From Leucoraja erinacea (Eukaryota), in the NCBI RefSeq assembly GCF_028641065.1, contig NC_073406.1:13888001-13952000 (forward strand): a stretch of 64,000 nucleotides of DNA. Direction: 5' to 3'. Of the stretch, positions 62,401-64,000 are shown piece by piece. The notes under the pieces are model-generated. The model had not been told where the DNA came from, ran no database searches, and saw nothing but the letters and a program-made list of their open reading frames with translations. The stretch's first letter is position 1. Each line of letters begins with the position of its first letter. The translations under genes and the position numbers were made by a program.

Positions 62401-63528
62401 TAGATACTGGATTACAAAATAAGAAATAAAGTGCTGGAGTAACTGATCATGTCAGGCATCATCTCTGGGATCATGAATAGGTGATATTTCGAGTCGGGAC
62501 CCATCTTCAGACTAGAACATTTTTCTCCAGGGATTGTAGAATGGAAAGTCATCTCTGTCCCTTTGGACTCCAGGTGCATGCACCACTGTCTCAGCATGAG
62601 AGGAAGATATTTTGGGATTGAAATACGATTAGTTGTTTCACTCAGAAGGTGGTGTATTTTTGTCATTCTTCATTCCAGAGAGCATTCGAGGACATTCAGA
62701 AGTGATTGGTAGTTTTCTGGACGTTAAAGGATATGTAGATTGTGCTGGAAAATGGACCTGAAATAGAAGATTGCTAGTTCAAATGGCCATATGTCTGACT
62801 CCTGTTCCTAATTCTTACTTTCTTTTCTGATATTCAGATTTATGTGTTAGAAGGCAACTACAGTACCCAACTTCATGTGTGGTGTTAATTCATCGTAAAG
62901 GCTTGTCATTTTTGTGATCATCTTTGCCCCTCTCTTGAACAAAGGAGTAACCCTTGCATTCCCTCTCTCTCCATCCCTCACCTGCTGCAATCATCCTACT
63001 AGTTTTACTGTTTGTATCCCCTCGTTATTACCTCCTGCAAAGTCAACAATGAACCATGTGGGCTCTTTGACCATTAGTGCAGGCTCTGATTTGTTCTGTA
63101 CATTTTCAAACCTCTAATTTCTCTCTCACCGGTCTCTCAGTTTGAGGAAGGGTCTCGACATGAACCGTCACCTATTTCTTAGCTACTGAATTATGAATGG
63201 AGCTGATTATTACACAGACTGTAACAACTACTCACCTTTTGCTTAGCCACCCTCTTCCTGTCCCTCTGTTTGCTGACTTTCCAATAGTAAATTCATCCCC
63301 ATCTTAAACACTCCTCCTTCTTTGACAGTTCCTTTAGATGGAGGGTGGCATGTCTCTTCTCTGGTTCTACTAGTTCTGTTGTGGTTGATGAGGCTAACGT
63401 GTGGTCTGCAGACTTTTGCACAGATGGGGCAGATATCTGCTGATAATCATTAAATCTCAACATGTTTCAAATGATAATTAACTGAATTGTTTTGTTTCTC
63501 CTTTTAGGTGGTGTTACCGAACCTCCTG
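23450..63528 (+). CDS. Multi-exon gene for a secreted tandem Mucin2_WxxW/CysD-like domain protein (CILP N-terminal/mucin CysD-like); at least 16 domains; 3' end beyond the window
   Basis: Hand-spliced with GT-AG boundaries and compatible phases throughout. Leader exons are 23450-23467, 24474-24507 and 24604-24624, followed by 16 cassettes of exon A (178 nt; 181 in unit 1), exon B (98 nt) and a microexon (21 nt). Consensus unit: [99 protein letters not shown]. The motifs WFDRDxPSGxGDYE, GxxCxNxxQ and CxDYxIRFxC are recognised from the Mucin2_WxxW family. Confidence 0.9.
24154..24250 (+). mobile_element. ~97-bp Penelope-derived short element with a 13-bp target-site duplication
   Basis: aatgagatgcatg flanks both sides (24141-24153 and 24251-24263); the body resembles the Penelope end at ~29585-29655. 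Confidence 0.75.
24474..24507 (+). CDS. Leader exon [11 protein letters not shown] (hydrophobic signal-peptide core)
   Basis: Branch-like ctaat at 24451, acceptor tag at 24471-24473, donor G|gtaagt; 34 nt, phase 0 to 1. Confidence 0.75.
24604..24624 (+). CDS. 21-nt microexon (D)YVAGFR, paralogous to the array linker microexons
   Basis: Acceptor tgtttgcttttag and donor gtgagtatatc; the flanks resemble those of the later 21-nt exons; phase 1-1. Confidence 0.75.
25191..25950 (+). CDS. CysD-like cassette 1 (exons 25191-25371, 25479-25576, 25930-25950)
   Basis: [100 protein letters not shown]; AG/GT ends. Confidence 0.88.
26875..27646 (+). CDS. CysD-like cassette 2 (exons 26875-27052, 27160-27257, 27626-27646)
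   Basis: [38 protein letters not shown].../CDVSTGFFC...CPDFY/CDVTTPP; AG/GT ends. Confidence 0.88.
27865..29660 (+). mobile_element. Degenerate Penelope-like retroelement (RT and GIY-YIG fragments) with nested inserts
   Basis: RT region ..[11 protein letters not shown] and [26 protein letters not shown]. Endonuclease [16 protein letters not shown]...[11 protein letters not shown]...[13 protein letters not shown], then EEQHLI..LG.LQP.GMN. Confidence 0.85.
30070..30506 (+). pseudogene. Decayed cassette: 3' remnant of exon B with a mutated donor, plus an intact orphan linker microexon at 30486-30506
   Basis: gattacagaatacgattcacctgccccgattcctttt is followed by gcgatt instead of gtgagt. The microexon gtgatgttaccatacctccaa keeps AG/GT. 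Confidence 0.75.
32470..33246 (+). CDS. CysD-like cassette 3 (exons 32470-32647, 32755-32852, 33226-33246)
   Basis: 178/98/21-nt exons, open frame, AG/GT ends. Confidence 0.88.
34437..35214 (+). CDS. CysD-like cassette 4, A type (exons 34437-34614, 34722-34819, 35194-35214)
   Basis: 178/98/21-nt exons; ICMDP variant. Confidence 0.88.
36389..37166 (+). CDS. CysD-like cassette 5, B type (exons 36389-36566, 36674-36771, 37146-37166)
   Basis: 178/98/21-nt exons; ICTDP variant; linker CGVTGPP. Confidence 0.88.
38357..39130 (+). CDS. CysD-like cassette 6, A type (exons 38357-38534, 38642-38739, 39110-39130)
   Basis: 178/98/21-nt exons, open frame. Confidence 0.88.
39648..40738 (-). mobile_element. 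Young 5'-truncated CR1 LINE inserted in an array intron
   Basis: ORF 39922-40554: [47 protein letters not shown]. (aaacatag)n tail; ctgcca(g)gcat is repeated at both junctions. Confidence 0.92.
41238..42015 (+). CDS. CysD-like cassette 7, B type (exons 41238-41415, 41523-41620, 41995-42015)
   Basis: 178/98/21-nt exons, open frame. Confidence 0.88.
43206..43983 (+). CDS. CysD-like cassette 8, A type (exons 43206-43383, 43491-43588, 43963-43983)
   Basis: 178/98/21-nt exons, open frame. Confidence 0.88.
45158..45936 (+). CDS. CysD-like cassette 9, B type (exons 45158-45335, 45443-45540, 45916-45936)
   Basis: 178/98/21-nt exons, open frame. Confidence 0.88.
47211..47231 (+). CDS. Orphan linker microexon (GVTEPP); the domain exons of this unit are deleted
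   Basis: Intact AG/GT; the upstream junction cctatttctt|agctactg at ~46883 skips exons A and B. Confidence 0.6.
48422..49199 (+). CDS. CysD-like cassette 10, A type (exons 48422-48599, 48707-48804, 49179-49199)
   Basis: 178/98/21-nt exons, open frame. Confidence 0.88.
50374..51147 (+). CDS. CysD-like cassette 11, B type (exons 50374-50551, 50659-50756, 51127-51147)
   Basis: 178/98/21-nt exons, open frame. Confidence 0.88.
52338..53115 (+). CDS. CysD-like cassette 12, A type (exons 52338-52515, 52623-52720, 53095-53115)
   Basis: 178/98/21-nt exons, open frame. Confidence 0.88.
54294..55071 (+). CDS. CysD-like cassette 13 (exons 54294-54471, 54579-54676, 55051-55071)
   Basis: 178/98/21-nt exons; variant DYETIPDL. 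Confidence 0.88.
55095..55800. mobile_element. Head-to-head decayed Penelope 3'-end fragments in the intron before cassette 14
   Basis: ctctgacagtggaggtg..caggacagaa (55401-55430) is inverted relative to ttctgtcctgg..cacctccaatgtcagag (55458-55487); the + arm resembles 29110-29280. Confidence 0.55.
55914..56692 (+). CDS. CysD-like cassette 14, divergent (exons 55914-56091, 56199-56296, 56672-56692)
   Basis: [31 protein letters not shown]...; AG/GT ends. Confidence 0.88.
57049..58204 (-). mobile_element. Young 5'-truncated CR1 LINE with an inverted 5' segment, in an array intron
   Basis: ORF 57682-58071: [32 protein letters not shown]. 58120-58206 is an inverted copy of 58021-58107. Confidence 0.9.
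58882..58902 (+). CDS. Orphan linker microexon (GVTEPP)
   Basis: Intact AG/GT inside a ~290-bp segment bracketed by a 28-bp direct repeat. Confidence 0.5.
59362..60141 (+). CDS. CysD-like cassette 15, A type (exons 59362-59539, 59647-59744, 60121-60141)
   Basis: 178/98/21-nt exons; CNVIT variant has lost the sequon. Confidence 0.87.
61330..62097 (+). CDS. CysD-like cassette 16, B type (exons 61330-61507, 61615-61712, 62077-62097)
   Basis: 178/98/21-nt exons, open frame. Confidence 0.87.
63508..63528 (+). CDS. Orphan linker microexon (GVTEPP); domain exons deleted
   Basis: Same deletion junction (cctatttctt|agctactg, ~63180) as at ~46883. Confidence 0.6.
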
Positions 63529-64000
63529 GTGAGTATATCGCTCCCATGATAAAGAGGGCAATGTTAACAGTAATATGAAAGCTCTTATGAACTTCATCCA
63601 GTGTGTTTAAATGTCCGCTACATAATAAACAAGTTAAAAAACTGCCACAACAGATTATAGGCGCTTCAATGCGACTGAACCTCAAGAGTTGCTTGTAGTT
63701 ATCATCTTGTTAAGGAAACAAAATGTGTCCATGCCATGGAGGGAATGCAAAACAGATTGACGGGATAGGTAACAGAAATTGTGATTTAGCCACATGAGAA
63801 GAAATTGCAAGTATTAGGAATACAAAGTACAGTAGATACTGGATTACAAAATGAGAAATAAAGTGCTGGAGTAACTGATCATGTCAGGCATCATCTCTGG
63901 GATCATGAATAGGTGATATTTCGAGTCGGGACCATTCTTCAGACTAGAACATGTTTCTCCAGGGATTGTAGAATGGATAGTCATCTCTGTCCCTTTGGAC

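Larger units (their letters stand above)
32400..64000 (+). repeat. Intragenic tandem array of ~1.95 kb units arranged as a ~3.9 kb A/B higher-order repeat
   Basis: Exon A spacing is 3920 bp for 34437-38357 and 3916 bp for 48422-52338. Near-identical intronic ORFs recur alternately in the ORF track (MIIFAP.. and MGQEE..). Confidence 0.95.

Noticed and set aside
23450-63528. Assigning the symbol CILP, MUC2 or MUC5AC
   Set aside because: Only the shared domain is visible. There is no TSP1/Ig (CILP) or VWD/PTS (mucin) sequence in the window, so orthology is unsupported.

Overview
Vertebrate genomic DNA, most likely from a cartilaginous fish (skate/ray). This is inferred from HE1-like tRNA SINEs, CR1 LINEs with (aaacatag)n tails and abundant Penelope-derived short elements. 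Bases 1-15 kb are intergenic and transposon-rich, with a local ~2.9 kb segmental duplication and a foldback Harbinger-type MITE. From ~15.3 kb to the window end lies one large + strand spliced gene. It has a TATA box, a probable non-coding exon 1 and three small exons encoding a signal-peptide-like leader ([24 protein letters not shown]). At least 16 tandem three-exon cassettes follow (178 + 98 + 21 nt = 99 aa), each encoding one Mucin2_WxxW/CysD-like cysteine-rich domain plus a 7-aa linker microexon. All 16 cassettes splice in frame with GT-AG ends and I found no stop codons, giving more than 1,600 aa with the gene still open at the window edge. The predicted product is a secreted 'beads-on-a-string' poly-CysD protein with no PTS mucin, VWD, TSP1 or Ig domains in view, and the first Trp of the WxxW motif is replaced. 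The array is a ~3.9 kb A/B higher-order repeat with orphan linker microexons, two CR1 insertions and some signs of assembly-consensus noise. Intron 1 holds an end-complete non-autonomous Helitron, and several short elements carry minimal hammerhead-ribozyme-like cores.
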